A program made the translations under genes and the position numbers. A stretch of 62,477 nucleotides of DNA, counting the filler, from Actinobacteria bacterium UBA7524 (GTDB taxonomy: Bacteria; Actinomycetota; Coriobacteriia; Anaerosomatales; UBA912), in NCBI GenBank assembly GCA_002478275.1. It is 7 parts of 7 records of this genome, joined end to end, with 100 filler letters (N's around TTAATTAATTAA, not from the genome) between each part and the next. Parts side by side here need not be neighbours in the genome. Positions count along the whole stretch, not along the records: positions 49,293 to 57,386 come from DLMY01000033.1; positions 57,487 to 62,477 come from DLMY01000025.1; 5 more parts are not named here. One strand, 5' to 3'. Below, one piece after another: positions 50,407 to 61,216 of this stretch (position 1 is its first letter; each line of letters opens with the position of its first letter). A model generated the notes under the pieces. It saw only the letters and a list, made by a program, of their open reading frames with translations, searched no databases and was not told where the DNA came from.

Positions 50407-51131
50407 TTCGCGAGATCGAAATGGAAGCCGCATCCATCGCGGACGCGATCGATGCAGCGCTGGAGGAGATGGGCGTTCAACAGGACGCTGTCGACTATGA
50501 GGTGCTCGAGGAGCCTGGGCGGGGCTTGCTCGGCGGCGCAGGCAAGAGGGCACGTGTCCGTGTGTGGCTGCGTGATGACTACGTCCTGGCGTCGGGGGCC
50601 GACGACCAGGTGGCCGAGGCGGAGACGGACGCTCGCGCGTCCTATGCGGACACTGACGACGAGCTGAGTGATGAGGATCTGGACGCCATCGCTGACGCGG
50701 GCGTTGCGACCATCCGCGAGATTCTCGGGCACCTTGGCATCCAGGCTGAGATCGAGGAGTACGAGGGCGACGAAGGGGAGATCATCCTGGACATCGTCGG
50801 AGATGATCTCGGACTACTCATCGGCAGACATGGCCGGACACTCGATGCGCTGCAGGTGCTGGTATCCGCCATCACGAACCGCCGAATCGAGAAGCGCTTC
50901 CCGATCGTGGTCGACGTGTCCGGGTATCGCCATCGTAGGAGACTGAAGCTCGAGGACATCGCTCGGCGTGCGGCAGATCGTGCTGTTCGTCAGCGCAGGG
51001 CCGTCGATCTTCGGCCGATGACCAGCTTCGAGCGCCGGGTCATTCACGTTGCGCTGCGTGACGATCGTCGGGTATTCACCGAAAGCGAAGGGGACGAGCC
51101 GCGTCGCATGGTCGTGATCCATCCGAAGTGA
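50403..51131 (+). CDS. jag: RNA-binding protein Jag/EloR/KhpB
   Basis: Jag_N, KH (LIGRHGRTLDALQ) and R3H (ERRVIH) domains. Confidence 0.93.
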   Translation: MIREIEMEAASIADAIDAALEEMGVQQDAVDYEVLEEPGRGLLGGAGKRARVRVWLRDDYVLASGADDQVAEAETDARASYADTDDELSDEDLDAIADAGVATIREILGHLGIQAEIEEYEGDEGEIILDIVGDDLGLLIGRHGRTLDALQVLVSAITNRRIEKRFPIVVDVSGYRHRRRLKLEDIARRAADRAVRQRRAVDLRPMTSFERRVIHVALRDDRRVFTESEGDEPRRMVVIHPK

Positions 51132-51486
51132 CCACGAGCAGACATGCTCGTATGGACGGGGCGCCGGTGGGCGCCCCGTCTGCGTCTGGTCTGTGCTCGA
51201 CACGCGGTCCAGGTGTGTGGACTCCGTCCGCTTGTGCCGACATTGCGGGGATGCCCTTGGGCGAGCTTCTTCTCGGGACGGTGCGACTCCGGCGTGCGAG
51301 CTGAGGAGTGGCTGATTCCTGACGGTTGGCCGTGTCCCATTCGGCGTGCCGGCGGAATCGGTGCCTGAATCTCACGAACCATCGACCTGAGGCAGAAGGT
51401 TCCCGGTTTCCTCGTCGTCGCCACGCCCAAGGATCCATCGCATCGGTCGCGGCGACTCAGCGATCGGATTGTGATAGGCCCAAGAG

Positions 51487-51502
51487 GGTTTCACGTGAAA
51501 CA
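51487..51502. other. parS site
   Basis: GGTTTCACGTGAAACA matches the parS consensus. Confidence 0.9.
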
Positions 51503-51542
51503 CAACACCTCGGGCCACTTGCAGCGGGGCCGATTGGACTGC

Positions 51543-52579
51543 ATGATGTTTCACGTGAAACCAGATTCCTCACCTCGCGACCAGGAGCCTCGAAGACTGG
51601 CTGCTTTGCTCGAGCAGGCCGGCCTTCGTCCCGACGCGGGCCAGGTATCTTCCCTTCTGCGGCACTTGGATTTGGTGCTGGACCACAACAGCCGCGTCAA
51701 TCTGACTCGAATCACCGAGTATGACGCTGCCTTGCGCCTTCACATCGTCGACTCGCTTGCTTGGTTGCCCGTGCTGGGTGACTGCGAGGCGCCGATCGTG
51801 GACGTTGGATCAGGCGCCGGATTCCCCGGAGTGCCTCTCGCTATCGTGGGGCATCAACCGGTGATTCTTTGTGAGTCGATACGCAAGAAAGCCGACTTCC
51901 TCACGCTTGTGTGTGGGGAGATTGCGCCGACTGCGAGAGTCCATAGAGGACGGGCTGAAGAGCTGGCGCTGGCCGAACCCGAAGCGGCCGGCACCGTGAC
52001 CGCACGTGCCGTTGCTTCCCTACCGGCACTGGTCGAACTTGCCTCCCCGTTGCTGCGGTCTGGTGGTAGATTGATCGCGCTCAAGGGGCGACTTACGGAC
52101 GATGAGCTGGCCAGTGGTGACGTGGCTTCTGCCATATGCGGGATGAGGCGGAGCGCACTCGTGCGATACACGCTACCGGAGGGGGCCGAGGAGCGCACGG
52201 CAGTCGCATACACGAAGGTGGAGCGCCCATCCGTTGCACTTCCACGGCGCNNGCGCTGGCCGAACCCGAAGCGGCTGGCACGGTGACCGCACGTGCCGTT
52301 GCTTCCCTACCGGCACTGGTCGAACTTGCCTCCCCGTTGCTGCGGTGCGGGGGTAGGTTGATCGCGCTCAAGGGGCGGCTTACGGACGATGAGCTGGCCC
52401 GGGGTGACGTGGCTTCGGCAGTATGCGGGATGAGGCGGAGCGCACTCGTGCGATACACGCTGCCGGAGGGGGCCGAGGAGCGCACGGCAGTCGCATACAC
52501 GAAGGTAGAGCGCTCATCCGTTGCACTTCCACGGCGCCCTGGGCAGGCACAACGTACTCCGTTTGGTGGTTCGGTGTGA
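51543..52579 (+). CDS. rsmG: 16S rRNA m7G527 methyltransferase (3' part duplicated across a 1-N join)
   Basis: NLTRI, HIVDSL, DVGSGAGFPG, RAEE, ARAVA, PRRPG. Confidence 0.88.
51547..51562. other. parS site
   Basis: TGTTTCACGTGAAACC, at the rsmG 5' end. Confidence 0.9.
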
Positions 52580-52643
52580 CTGTCCACGCAGGTCCGAGTC
52601 GCGTATACTGCTGTGCAACGAGTCATCGGGAGGAGGCAGCCTG

Positions 52644-53447
52644 GTGTCAAGCGATCCAAGCGCCGGCCGCGGAGATGCTGGTAGACGCGCCTTCGTGATT
52701 GCTGTGGTCAACCAGAAGGGTGGGGTAGGAAAGAGCACGACCGCGGTCAACCTCGCCGCCACGCTCGGGGATGAGGGGCGGCGCGTCCTCCTCGTTGATC
52801 TTGACCCGCAAGGCAACGCGACGTCGGGGTATGGGCTAGACAAGAACCAACGGGAAGAGTGCATCTACAATGCGCTACTGGGGGACGTTCCGATCACGGA
52901 GCTCATCGAGCCGGTTGCAGTCGAACATGTGTTTGTCGTCCCTGCGACGATACAGCTTGCAGGTGCGGAGATCGAGTTGGTTTCGGCTTTCAGCCGGGAA
53001 TCGAAGCTGAAGCAGGTCTTGTCCCCTGTTACCGGGGATTTCGACTTCGTCATCGTCGACTGCCCTCCCTCGCTCGGGTTGCTCACCATCAACGCCCTCA
53101 CCGCTGCCGATGGGGTGCTGATCCCCGTTCAGTGTGAGTACTATGCCCTGGAAGGCCTGAGCAAGCTGCTCGAGAGCGTTCGGCTCGTCAAGACGCATCT
53201 GAATCCCGCACTTGAGATCTTCGGCGTGTTGATGACCATGTACGATCGGCGGACGAAACTGTCTCAGCTCGTCGTCGACGAGGTGCGAGACTTCTTCGAT
53301 GACAAGGTCTTTGAGACCCTCATACCGCGGGGAGTGCGCCTCTCTGAGGCGCCGAGTTACGGTCAACCCGTGACGCTCTACGACCCGAGTGGGCGTGGCG
53401 CAGAAGCATACAGACTACTGGCGAAGGAAGTGATCAGCCGTGTCTAA
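52644..53447 (+). CDS. parA: Chromosome partitioning ATPase ParA/Soj
   Basis: NQKGGVGKST, DLDPQGN, DCPPSLG, QCEYYALEG, LSEAPS. Confidence 0.95.
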   Translation: MSSDPSAGRGDAGRRAFVIAVVNQKGGVGKSTTAVNLAATLGDEGRRVLLVDLDPQGNATSGYGLDKNQREECIYNALLGDVPITELIEPVAVEHVFVVPATIQLAGAEIELVSAFSRESKLKQVLSPVTGDFDFVIVDCPPSLGLLTINALTAADGVLIPVQCEYYALEGLSKLLESVRLVKTHLNPALEIFGVLMTMYDRRTKLSQLVVDEVRDFFDDKVFETLIPRGVRLSEAPSYGQPVTLYDPSGRGAEAYRLLAKEVISRV

Positions 53448-54476
53448 GCGCGGACTCGGCAAGGGGCTATCGGCACTGATTCCGGGCGCGGGACAAGAGG
53501 TCGGCGGCGAGGTCCTCGAGCTGACTATCGAGTCGATCGCTCCGAACCCCAATCAACCACGCACCGCGATGGACGAAGCCCACATCGCGGAGCTAGCCGA
53601 CTCGATCCGCAAGGTCGGCGTGCTGCAACCGATCGTGGTCAGGCCGCATGCAGGGGAGTATCAGATCATCGCGGGAGAGCGCCGGTGGCGCGCCGCAAAG
53701 GCAGCTGGCCTGGAGAAGGTCCCGGTCCGCGTGATGATGTGCAGTGAGACCGAAGCGCTCGCCCTCGCGCTCATCGAGAACCTGCAACGCGAAGACTTGA
53801 ACCCGGTTGAAGAGGCGAAGGGGTACCGTCGGCTCATCGACGAGTATCACATGACGCAGTCAGAGCTGGCTGACAGGGTGTCGAAGTCTCGATCAGCGGT
53901 CACGAACACCCTACGACTCCTCGATCTGCCTGACGACATACTCGAACTACTTTACAATAACCTGATTTCCGCCGGTCATGCTCGTGCGATCCTGTCAGTG
54001 CCGGACGATGAGAGGCGGCGCACCCTGGCACGGAAGTGCCTNNNNNNNNNNNNNNNNNNNNNNNNNNNNNNNNNNNNNNNNNNNNNNNNNNNNNNNNNNN
54101 NNNNNNNNNNNNNNNNNNNNNNNNNNNNNNNNNNNNNNNNNNNNNNNNNNNNNNNNNNNNNNNNNNNNNNNNNNNNNNNNNNNNNNNNNNNNNNNNNNNN
54201 NNNNNNNNNNNNNNNNNNNNNNNNNNNNNNNNNNNNNNNNNNNNNNNNNNNNNNNNNNNNNNNNNNNNNNNNNNNNNNNNNNNNNNNNNNNNNNNNNNNN
54301 NNNNNNNNNNNNNNTACAAGATCGTCGCGCGGAAGCTGCGCAGACTGCTGGCTACGAACGTGCGAGTGCGGCAGACGTCCAAGAAGGGCAAGATAGAGAT
54401 CGACTTCGTTGACGAAGGTGACCTTGAGCGCATCGTGCGCTTGCTGACCGAAGGCGGAGAGGGAGGCACGGCATGA
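53440..54476 (+). CDS. parB: Chromosome partitioning protein ParB/Spo0J (gapped)
   Basis: GLGKGLSALI, AGERRWRA, ENLQREDL, HARA, KGKIEIDF. Confidence 0.95.
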
Positions 54477-54775
54477 GTGGCAGGCGTCTGGACTACTTCA
54501 TAGTCGGCCTTCTCGTGGGAGGTGCGGCAGGCATCGTCGTGGGACTGTTGTTCGCGCCGGACGCGGGGTCCAAGACGCGCAGGCGTCTTGCGGACGAGGC
54601 TCTGAAGGTCGCTGACGGTGCACGGCGAGTGGCCGAGCGCGCCGAGCACGCGGTGGAAGACATCGGGGCCAAGATCGACCACTATCTCGGCCGGGACGAA
54701 GAGGTCGCGTGGCGTAAGGTGCATGAGATCCGGGAGGGAGTGCACCGCTACGCGGGGACGATCGCGTCTTCGTGA
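54473..54775 (+). CDS. YtxH domain protein
   Basis: G.LVGGAAG...GLLFAP..G..TR. Confidence 0.85.
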   Translation: MSGRRLDYFIVGLLVGGAAGIVVGLLFAPDAGSKTRRRLADEALKVADGARRVAERAEHAVEDIGAKIDHYLGRDEEVAWRKVHEIREGVHRYAGTIASS

Positions 54776-54864
54776 GCGCGTCTCGCGCCCTCGTCGGTTC
54801 GGCGTCTGGCGCCAATGGTGTCAGAGCCCTGTGGCAGACTCCCTCTGACGCATAGGGGGAGTCC

Positions 54865-57386
54865 ATGACGCTGCAGGTCATCACAGGTCCGGCGAACGCT
54901 GGCAAGACAGGGATCGCGTACACACGTGTGCGGTCATGTGCATCGGCGGGTGGGTCCGCAGTGGTGCTACTTCCCGCGGAGCCGGACGTTGTCCGCGTGA
55001 GCCGTGAGTTCGCGCGCGACTCTCCGGTGGGTGTGCGCGTCGCCACGGTGGACGGCTTCATCGACGGGCTCTGGCGAACCGTCGGGGATGGGCGCGGGCT
55101 GCTGTCGGCGGCAAGGCGCGGGCTGCTGGTCGCGCAGACTGTCAGAATCTGTCAGTCGGAGATCCCGCACGCCGTCTGGGACACGCCAGGTTCACTCGTG
55201 TTGCTGGAGCGGCTCGTGATGCGCGCCGCCGAGTCAGGGACGGAGGGCGTGCGGCTTCCCGACCTCGGCCGATCGACATCGCCTGCGGTGGACGAGGTGC
55301 TGCTGCACGCTCTAAGCGTCTACCAGGAACAGGCGCGGGCGTCGGGCGTGGTCGAGCGCGCGGAGGCGCACCAGCTGATCGTCGGATCCCTTGAGTCGGT
55401 GCCGCTCCCCGATGTCATCGTGGTAAACGGCGTGACAGGGTTGACCGTGGCCCAAGAAGCCTTCGTCGTGGCCGCCGCACAGCGGACGGAGGTCATAGTC
55501 TGCCTCACCTATGACGAAACGGTGCCAGCGACACATGGTAGCCGTGACTTGGTCGAGCGCCTCGGGGCTCACGGCCGGGTGTGGGCCGCCCCCGGGGCTG
55601 CCACCTACACGGCCGAACCGGAGCTGCTCGTTCTGGAGCGCTCACTTGGCGGTCTCGTGCGCGGGGAGCCGCTTGTCGCGGCTGGCGCAATCCGGATCTC
55701 GGAAGCATGGGGGGACGAGGCTGAGGCAGCGCGCATTGCACGCGAGGTGCAAGAGGCGATCTCAGCAGGCATCGAGCCCGGCAGGATAGCCATCGTGTTC
55801 CGAGATGCTACGCATTACATAAGCCCGCTTCGAGCTGCGTTGGCCGAGATCTCCGTGCCGGCTGAATGGGACGTGTATGCGGGCTTCGGCGTGTCCGGCC
55901 TCGGGCGCGCGCTCCAGGTAGCCGTGCGGTTCGACACCGCCACCGCGGCCGAACGCATGGACCTCTTGCGAAGCCCGTATAGTCCCGGAGACGGTTCCGC
56001 CTTGGACGCGCTCGATTCACGTGTGCGGCGCTCAGGAGACGTGGCCCCCGGGCGGTTCGTGCGATGGTGCGACGAGGCCGATCCGCTGTTGGGCGTGTTC
56101 GTCGGCGCGGTGCGGAAGGCATGTACGTCGCGCGGTGAAGGCGCAGTGCAAGAGTGGGCGAGCGTGGTGTCGGGTATGTTGGGACGAGCGTGGCCGGAGG
56201 CCGTGCACGCGGAGATGCCGCTCATGCTCGACGCAGGCGCGGCGCGGGTCTTCATGGGCGTACTCGCGGGGGCGCTCGATTCAGCACGTGATCCGCTCAA
56301 GGACATGCATCGCGCACTGAAGCGGGCGAGGATCGCAATCACCTCCACCGGCGACCCGGGGTGCGTCCAGGTCATGAGCGCCGAGCGGGCGCGGGGCCGG
56401 CGCTTCGAGTGTGTGATCGTCGGCGGCCTGAACGACGGCGACTTTCCCCGTAGCGCTGCCGCTGACCCGCTGAGGGCTCAGAAGATCGCGGATGCTTTAC
56501 GCGACGCGGGCGTCCACATCGCATCCGGACGCGACCTTGAACTTGAGCGGCTGCTGTTCTACCAGGTCGCCACGCGCGCGTCGAAGCGTCTGGTGCTGAG
56601 CTGGCAGTCCCACGACGCGGACGGCAAACCGAAGCGGCCGTCGATCTTCCTCGAGGAGGTGCGTGACCTGTACCGCGGCAGCGAGGAGTTGAAGGCTGAA
56701 GCGCTAGGGCAGTCGCACGCTGGAGGCGCCGGGCCCGTGCCGGCCGTCCTCGGCCCCGACTGGTTCACGAGGCATCCCGCGGGCCCGGTTGCTGCGCGCC
56801 GCGAACTCCGTGCGGCGGTCACCCGATCGGCCGAAGAAGGGGGCGGTGCCTGCTGGGACGGTGAGCGGATCGCGGACGCGCGCCGTCGGGCGCGGCGGCC
56901 TGCCTGTGAGCTGAGTGAGAGTGCGCGCCGCTTCGCTTCCGAGCGTGTCGTCTTCACGGTCTCGGAGATCGAGGCGTACCTGCGATGCCCGCTCGAATGG
57001 TTCGTCAGCTTCGTTCTGCGCCCTCGGCCTCTCGACGTCCGTCTCGACGCCGCGGCGATCGGGCGCGTTGGTCACCGGGCGCTCTACCGCTTCTACACCG
57101 AGTACCCGCGCCGGACCGGGTATGCGCGGGTGAGCCCGGAGTCGCTGCCGGAGGCGCAGATGCTCTACGGGAGCATCGCCGAGTCAGTACGCGACGAAAC
57201 GCGGACCACGCGCCCGTCCGAGGGCCTGCGCATCGGCAGGATCCTCGCAGCTGGAGCTCGGGTCATCGAGGCCGATGCGGACTTCCTGCCGGGGTTCGTT
57301 CCGGCGCATGTGGAGTGGGAGTTCGGCACGGCCGAGGGGGATGAGCCGGAGCCGCTCGGGGACTTCGCGCTCGCGGGACGGATCGA
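54865..57386 (+). CDS. AddB-like helicase/PD-(D/E)XK nuclease subunit (3' truncated)
   Basis: GPANAGKT, ARGRRF..V..G.N.G.FP, ER.LFY...TRA, S.IE.Y..CP, GRID. Confidence 0.82.
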
Positions 57387-57486
57387 NNNNNNNNNNNNNN
57401 NNNNNNNNNNNNNNNNNNNNNNNNNNNNNNTTAATTAATTAANNNNNNNNNNNNNNNNNNNNNNNNNNNNNNNNNNNNNNNNNNNN

Positions 57487-57853
57487 TCCACGAAACCGGG
57501 GCAGCATCAGAGAGCCGTTTGATGTAGATGCAGCCTTTGCCGGTCTTGTGCTTGCCGAGCCTGCCGAGCGACTCCGCCAGCGAATCAAGCTCCAGCCCAA
57601 GGTAGACGGTGAGCGCGGCCTTCCTGGATGCGAACCCCACAGGGAACCAGTCGCCTTCCTGACCACTGGGCGACTTGTAGTGGTAGGTGCCGAACCCGAT
57701 GAGGCCCGAGCTCCAAACCCGGGGCTCTTCCCCGGTAACCCGCTTCATGAGCTCCAACAGGGTCAAGCAGTCCTCGCGTCGCGCATCGTCATCGATCGCC
57801 ATGATGAAGGCACTGACGCTGTCGTCTGTGCTGTGCGTCTTGATTCCGCCCAC
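57487..57853 (-). CDS. DUF1801 (YdhG-like) protein, cassette gene, 3' truncated
   Basis: IGFGTYHYK..SG.EGDW..VGF..RK, LGKHKTGKGCIYIKRL. Confidence 0.88.
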
Positions 57854-57868
57854 GAGACCCCCCGTTGT

Positions 57869-57972
57869 GCCTAACGATTCTGCGGATGGCCGCAATACGC
57901 CGCCCTCCGCGCCTCACAAGCCGAGTCTACCCTCTCACGCGGCGCATTGTCTGCTCGATCCGCTTGTTCGAC
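57869..57972 (-). repeat. attC site
   Basis: Minus strand GTCGAAC-AAGCGGATCGAGCAG...CCATCCGCAGAATC-GTTAGGC. Confidence 0.8.
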
Positions 57973-57995
57973 CCACCCGTCAGGGCACCACGCCA

Positions 57996-58200
57996 CTACT
58001 CCGGGTCATCCGGCCTCTGCGCGTCGTGCCTTACCCCGACGACCCAAGGAACTTCTCCACGCAGCTCGTGAAAGAAGCGACACGTGCCGACGAGGATCTC
58101 GCGGAATCCGATCTCCGGGAACAGGAATGACTCGCCCCGCCTTCGGAAAGCGGATCAGATGCGTGAGCGACTCCTTGGAACAGCTCCGAGACTCCCCCGC
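57996..58200 (-). pseudogene. Frameshifted ParE/RelE toxin remnant
   Basis: ELFQGVAH / LIRFPKAGRVIP / EIGFREILVG..RFF...WVVGVRH spread over three frames. Confidence 0.5.
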
Positions 58201-58244
58201 GGCTGACCGGCGCTCGCGCTCTCTGCTGGATGCCCTGGTTGGGT
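58200..58244 (-). repeat. Truncated attC (inverse-core half only)
   Basis: Minus strand ACCCAAC-CAGGGCATCCAGCAGA; exact complement of this cassette's GTTGGGT core. Confidence 0.6.
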
Positions 58245-58259
58245 GTGTGCGGAGCGCTC

Positions 58260-58844
58260 CTAGAATGGCGAGCGCATGAACGGAACGGCGAGGGACAGCG
58301 CCACAACGATGCCCACGATGTTGAGCCCGATTCCCAGCGTCACCGGCACACCGAGACGGCGCCTCATCGCCAGGACGCTCAGGTATATGCCCCAACCGTC
58401 CAGGAGCAGGTGCGTGATCCCGAGAAACACCTGATCGTGGAAGCCGAGGGCGAACCACGTCCAGTCCCAGACGACGATCACGGCGCCGACCACCAACGCA
58501 GTCATGCCGGCAACATTCACCAGGAACCCGAGGTCGCTTTCCCGACCCAGGGCGCGCAGGATCGCATGTCCCGCCAGCGCGCCGAGGAGCATCTGAGCGA
58601 AGATGATCGTAGGGGCGGCGAAGACGAGGAACCAGTAGTAGCCGTTCGCCGGTATTGGAATCACGGGCGGAGTAGGCGGGACCCGGCCCATGATCGCGAC
58701 CGGGAGGTACTCCAACAGGGAGTCCAGTGTCACGCGCACACCTTGGCCGGCGAATCCGAGCAGCCAGCCACGCCTCGCGATGATGCCTTCGACGAATGCG
58801 CTCGGACGCGTGTAGCCGAACCACCAGAGGCGAAGGAACTCCAC
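58260..58844 (-). CDS. Membrane protein (Yip1-like), cassette gene
   Basis: About 5 TM segments between attC sites. Confidence 0.65.
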   Translation of the reverse strand: MEFLRLWWFGYTRPSAFVEGIIARRGWLLGFAGQGVRVTLDSLLEYLPVAIMGRVPPTPPVIPIPANGYYWFLVFAAPTIIFAQMLLGALAGHAILRALGRESDLGFLVNVAGMTALVVGAVIVVWDWTWFALGFHDQVFLGITHLLLDGWGIYLSVLAMRRRLGVPVTLGIGLNIVGIVVALSLAVPFMRSPF

Positions 58845-58876
58845 GTCGGCCCCCCGACCTAGATCCGCCACATAAT

Positions 58877-58979
58877 ACCCAACGCTCTTGCGCTTCAGCC
58901 GCAGCGCCGCCCCCACATCACCCGCAGCCCGAGCATACCGCACACGGTCGGCACTTTCTGCTGGAAGCGCTTGTCAGGC
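58877..58979 (-). repeat. attC site
   Basis: Minus strand GCCTGAC-AAGCGCTTCCAGCAG...GCTGAAGCGCAAGAGC-GTTGGGT. Confidence 0.8.
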
Positions 58980-58987
58980 ATGGGTCC

Positions 58988-59413
58988 CTAGGACTTGCCC
59001 GCAACCGTTCTCTGCGCCTGGTACCACGGCTCCGTATGCTCGATGGCGCCACTCACATACTGCGGGATTTCGTGCGGAAGGCCACCCGAAATCGCGCCGT
59101 AGCGCAACTCGACGGCATTCGCGTCCGACTCCGACCAGAACCTCAGGATCAGCCGACAGAGTACGCCCTCGACGGGGTCGATCTGGTACCCGCCGTCGAG
59201 CGCGAGCAGATCCGGGCTCAGGTTCGCAAGGACGCCGGGCAGCAGCGGCTGCGGTGCTTGACCCACGTAGAGGTCACGGTCCTCCCAGGCGGGACGCCCG
59301 TTGCCCATCCGCATCAAGGAACCGTCAGGCTTGAGAATGAGCGTGAAGACGTTGTCATCGCCAACGTACCAGTCGATCGCCGCAGCGATGATCTCCCCCA
59401 CTGTCTGGATCAT
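58988..59413 (-). CDS. Hypothetical protein, cassette gene
   Basis: ORF fills the interval between two attC sites. Confidence 0.65.
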   Translation of the reverse strand: MIQTVGEIIAAAIDWYVGDDNVFTLILKPDGSLMRMGNGRPAWEDRDLYVGQAPQPLLPGVLANLSPDLLALDGGYQIDPVEGVLCRLILRFWSESDANAVELRYGAISGGLPHEIPQYVSGAIEHTEPWYQAQRTVAGKS

Positions 59414-59430
59414 GGGTCCCCCAACCCTGT

Positions 59431-59516
59431 GTCTAACGTCCGGCGCATCAGCCGCGGCCGTGCGCGTCTTCTCGTAGCTTACCGCTTGTGCCGTCGGCTG
59501 GAAGCGCTTGCTAGGC
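59431..59516 (-). repeat. attC site
   Basis: Minus strand GCCTAGC-AAGCGCTTCCAGCCG...GCTGATGCGCCGGAC-GTTAGAC. Confidence 0.82.
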
Positions 59517-59708
59517 GTCACGCCAGGCGCAGGAAGTCGCCTTCCTCATCTTCGAGTGCGAGGAAGGCGCTCTCCAGCTGCGCCTCAAGGGATGGCTGAT
59601 CCCAGATGCACGCCCGAAGTTGCGGTATCCAAGACCGTACGCCGTCACCAGTGATCCGAAGGCTTTCTGTGCTGCGCGAACGAACTGCGACGAGCCGACG
59701 AAGGACAC
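59511..59708 (-). CDS. Short hypothetical or internally deleted cassette ORF
   Basis: RBS AGGAGG plus GTG; stop falls in the attC inverse core. Confidence 0.4.
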   Translation of the reverse strand: MSFVGSSQFVRAAQKAFGSLVTAYGLGYRNFGRASGISHPLRRSWRAPSSHSKMRKATSCAWRDA

Positions 59709-59725
59709 TCGGGATCCTCCTGTAT

Positions 59726-59818
59726 GCCTAACGTTGTCGCGCATGGACTGCGCGGTTGAACCGTATCGCGCGAAACGCGCCGACGCCGAAAGGCGTCAGG
59801 CTGATGCGCTTGCTAGCT
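59726..59818 (-). repeat. attC site
   Basis: Minus strand AGCTAGC-AAGCGCATCAGCCTG...GTCCATGCGCGACAAC-GTTAGGC. Confidence 0.8.
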
Positions 59819-60250
59819 GCCCGACAGCAGTCCTTCGAGGATCTCAGCGGCCGCGCGTACGGCCGGAAGGCACCGCGACTCGCGCAGACCCTCCTCCTGC
59901 ACGATCGCCCGTTGCTCAGCAACCCGAACGTCGTATCCGAGAATGCCGGGGCAATCAAGGCTTCCGACTCGCTCTAGGAAGCGAGCATTGAACGTGTCGA
60001 CCATGGACATGACCTGATGGCGGCTCTCCGGGGTGCAATCCTCGTCGCAGTCAGAAAGCCCGAGAACGAGCAGGGCCCCCAGCGCCGCGCCACAGGTGCT
60101 GCCCGCGCGAACGCCGCCGCCCAGCGCGGCCGACAGCCTCAACGCCTGCGAAGTGGTGATGCCGAAGGATGGAGCGAACGCTGCGAACACCGCCTGCGAG
60201 CATGAGTAGCGGTCGCGGAACAGCTGGCTCGCAGCATCGACTCGACTCAC
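59813..60250 (-). CDS. C_GCAxxG_C_C family redox protein, cassette gene
   Basis: YSCSQAV, TCGAALGA, GSLDC..IL, C..AV. Confidence 0.88.
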   Translation of the reverse strand: MSRVDAASQLFRDRYSCSQAVFAAFAPSFGITTSQALRLSAALGGGVRAGSTCGAALGALLVLGLSDCDEDCTPESRHQVMSMVDTFNARFLERVGSLDCPGILGYDVRVAEQRAIVQEEGLRESRCLPAVRAAAEILEGLLSGS

Positions 60251-60270
60251 GTGGGACTCCCCCTTGGTCC

Positions 60271-60549
60271 AGCTAACGCCTCTGCGGATGAGCNNNNNNN
60301 NNNNNNNNNNNNNNNNNNNNNNNNNNNNNNNNNNNNNNNNNNNNNNNNNNNNNNNNNNNNNNNNNNNNNNNNNNNNNNNNNNNNNNNNNNNNNNNNNNNN
60401 NNNNNNNNNNNNNNNNNNNNNNNNNNNNNNNNNNNNNNNNNNNNNNNNNNNNNNNNNNNNNNNNNNNNNNNNNNNNNNNNNNNNNNNNNNNNACAAGCCG
60501 AGTCTACCTTCTCACGCGGCGTATTGACTGCTCGATCCGCCTGTTAGCG
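60271..60549 (-). repeat. attC site interrupted by an assembly gap
   Basis: Minus strand CGCTAAC-AGGCGGATCGAGCAG...GCTCATCCGCAGAGGC-GTTAGCT; near-identical to 57869-57972. Confidence 0.75.
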
Positions 60550-60849
60550 ATCACGCCGAAGCCGGTCACTCCAGGCGCGAGGATCGCGGCGAACGTGCAG
60601 ACATGCGATCACACGCACCGTGTCGTCATCCGATGTGAAGAAGACCCCGTAGGGGAAACGCCGCAGGAGCGCGCGACGAAGATCGCGATGGACGACCGGA
60701 AAGCGTCCTGGTGTGCGGCGAATATCCGAGAGGCACGCGTCGACAAGCCGAAGGAAGTCGAAGCCGAGACCCTGCGCCCTCGCCTCATACCAGAGTGCAG
60801 CGTCGGCGATGTCTCGTTCCGCCTCTGGCCAGACGACGATCCCGCGCAT
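60544..60849 (-). CDS. RelE/ParE family toxin, cassette gene
   Basis: PEAE.DI..A..WYE...GLG..F...RRALLRRFPY...VIAC.H.RRDP. Confidence 0.9.
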   Translation of the reverse strand: MRGIVVWPEAERDIADAALWYEARAQGLGFDFLRLVDACLSDIRRTPGRFPVVHRDLRRALLRRFPYGVFFTSDDDTVRVIACLHVRRDPRAWSDRLRRDR

Positions 60850-61079
60850 CAGGTGCAGAGCCGGAGCTGCTCCTCGACGCGGGCGCGCACCTCTTCCCAA
60901 GGCACGACTGCATCGGGGTTGCGATCGAGTTCGGCGAGGCGACGGTCGAGCTCTGCGATCTCAGCCTCGCTCAGAGGGACGCGAGACGTGCTCACAGCGA
61001 TGCTGTCCCAGAGATCCTCGACAAGCTGGATTCGCTCAGAGACCGAAAGACGATCGAAGTTGTGTGCTGCATTACCCAT
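60849..61079 (-). CDS. Addiction module antitoxin (TIGR02574-like)
   Basis: LSVSERIQLVEDLWDSI...ELDRRL...PWEEVR. Confidence 0.9.
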   Translation of the reverse strand: MGNAAHNFDRLSVSERIQLVEDLWDSIAVSTSRVPLSEAEIAELDRRLAELDRNPDAVVPWEEVRARVEEQLRLCT

Positions 61080-61129
61080 GATGTCAGTGTGCCCGCTTGC
61101 GGCGCCTTTCGCAACGGATTGGCGTGTAT

Positions 61130-61216
61130 CGCTAACGTAGTTGCGCATAAGCTGCGCGCCGTGCGCCTTCAGGTCGATTCTACCTCGTGCGCGTCAGCTG
61201 GAAGCGCTTGTTAGGC
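61130..61216 (-). repeat. attC site
   Basis: Minus strand GCCTAAC-AAGCGCTTCCAGCTG...GCTTATGCGCAACTAC-GTTAGCG. Confidence 0.85.

Noticed and set aside
51965..52540. Apparent tandem duplication of the rsmG 3' half
   Set aside because: Copies are joined by a single N and differ by a few SNPs; most likely two strain haplotypes scaffolded in tandem.
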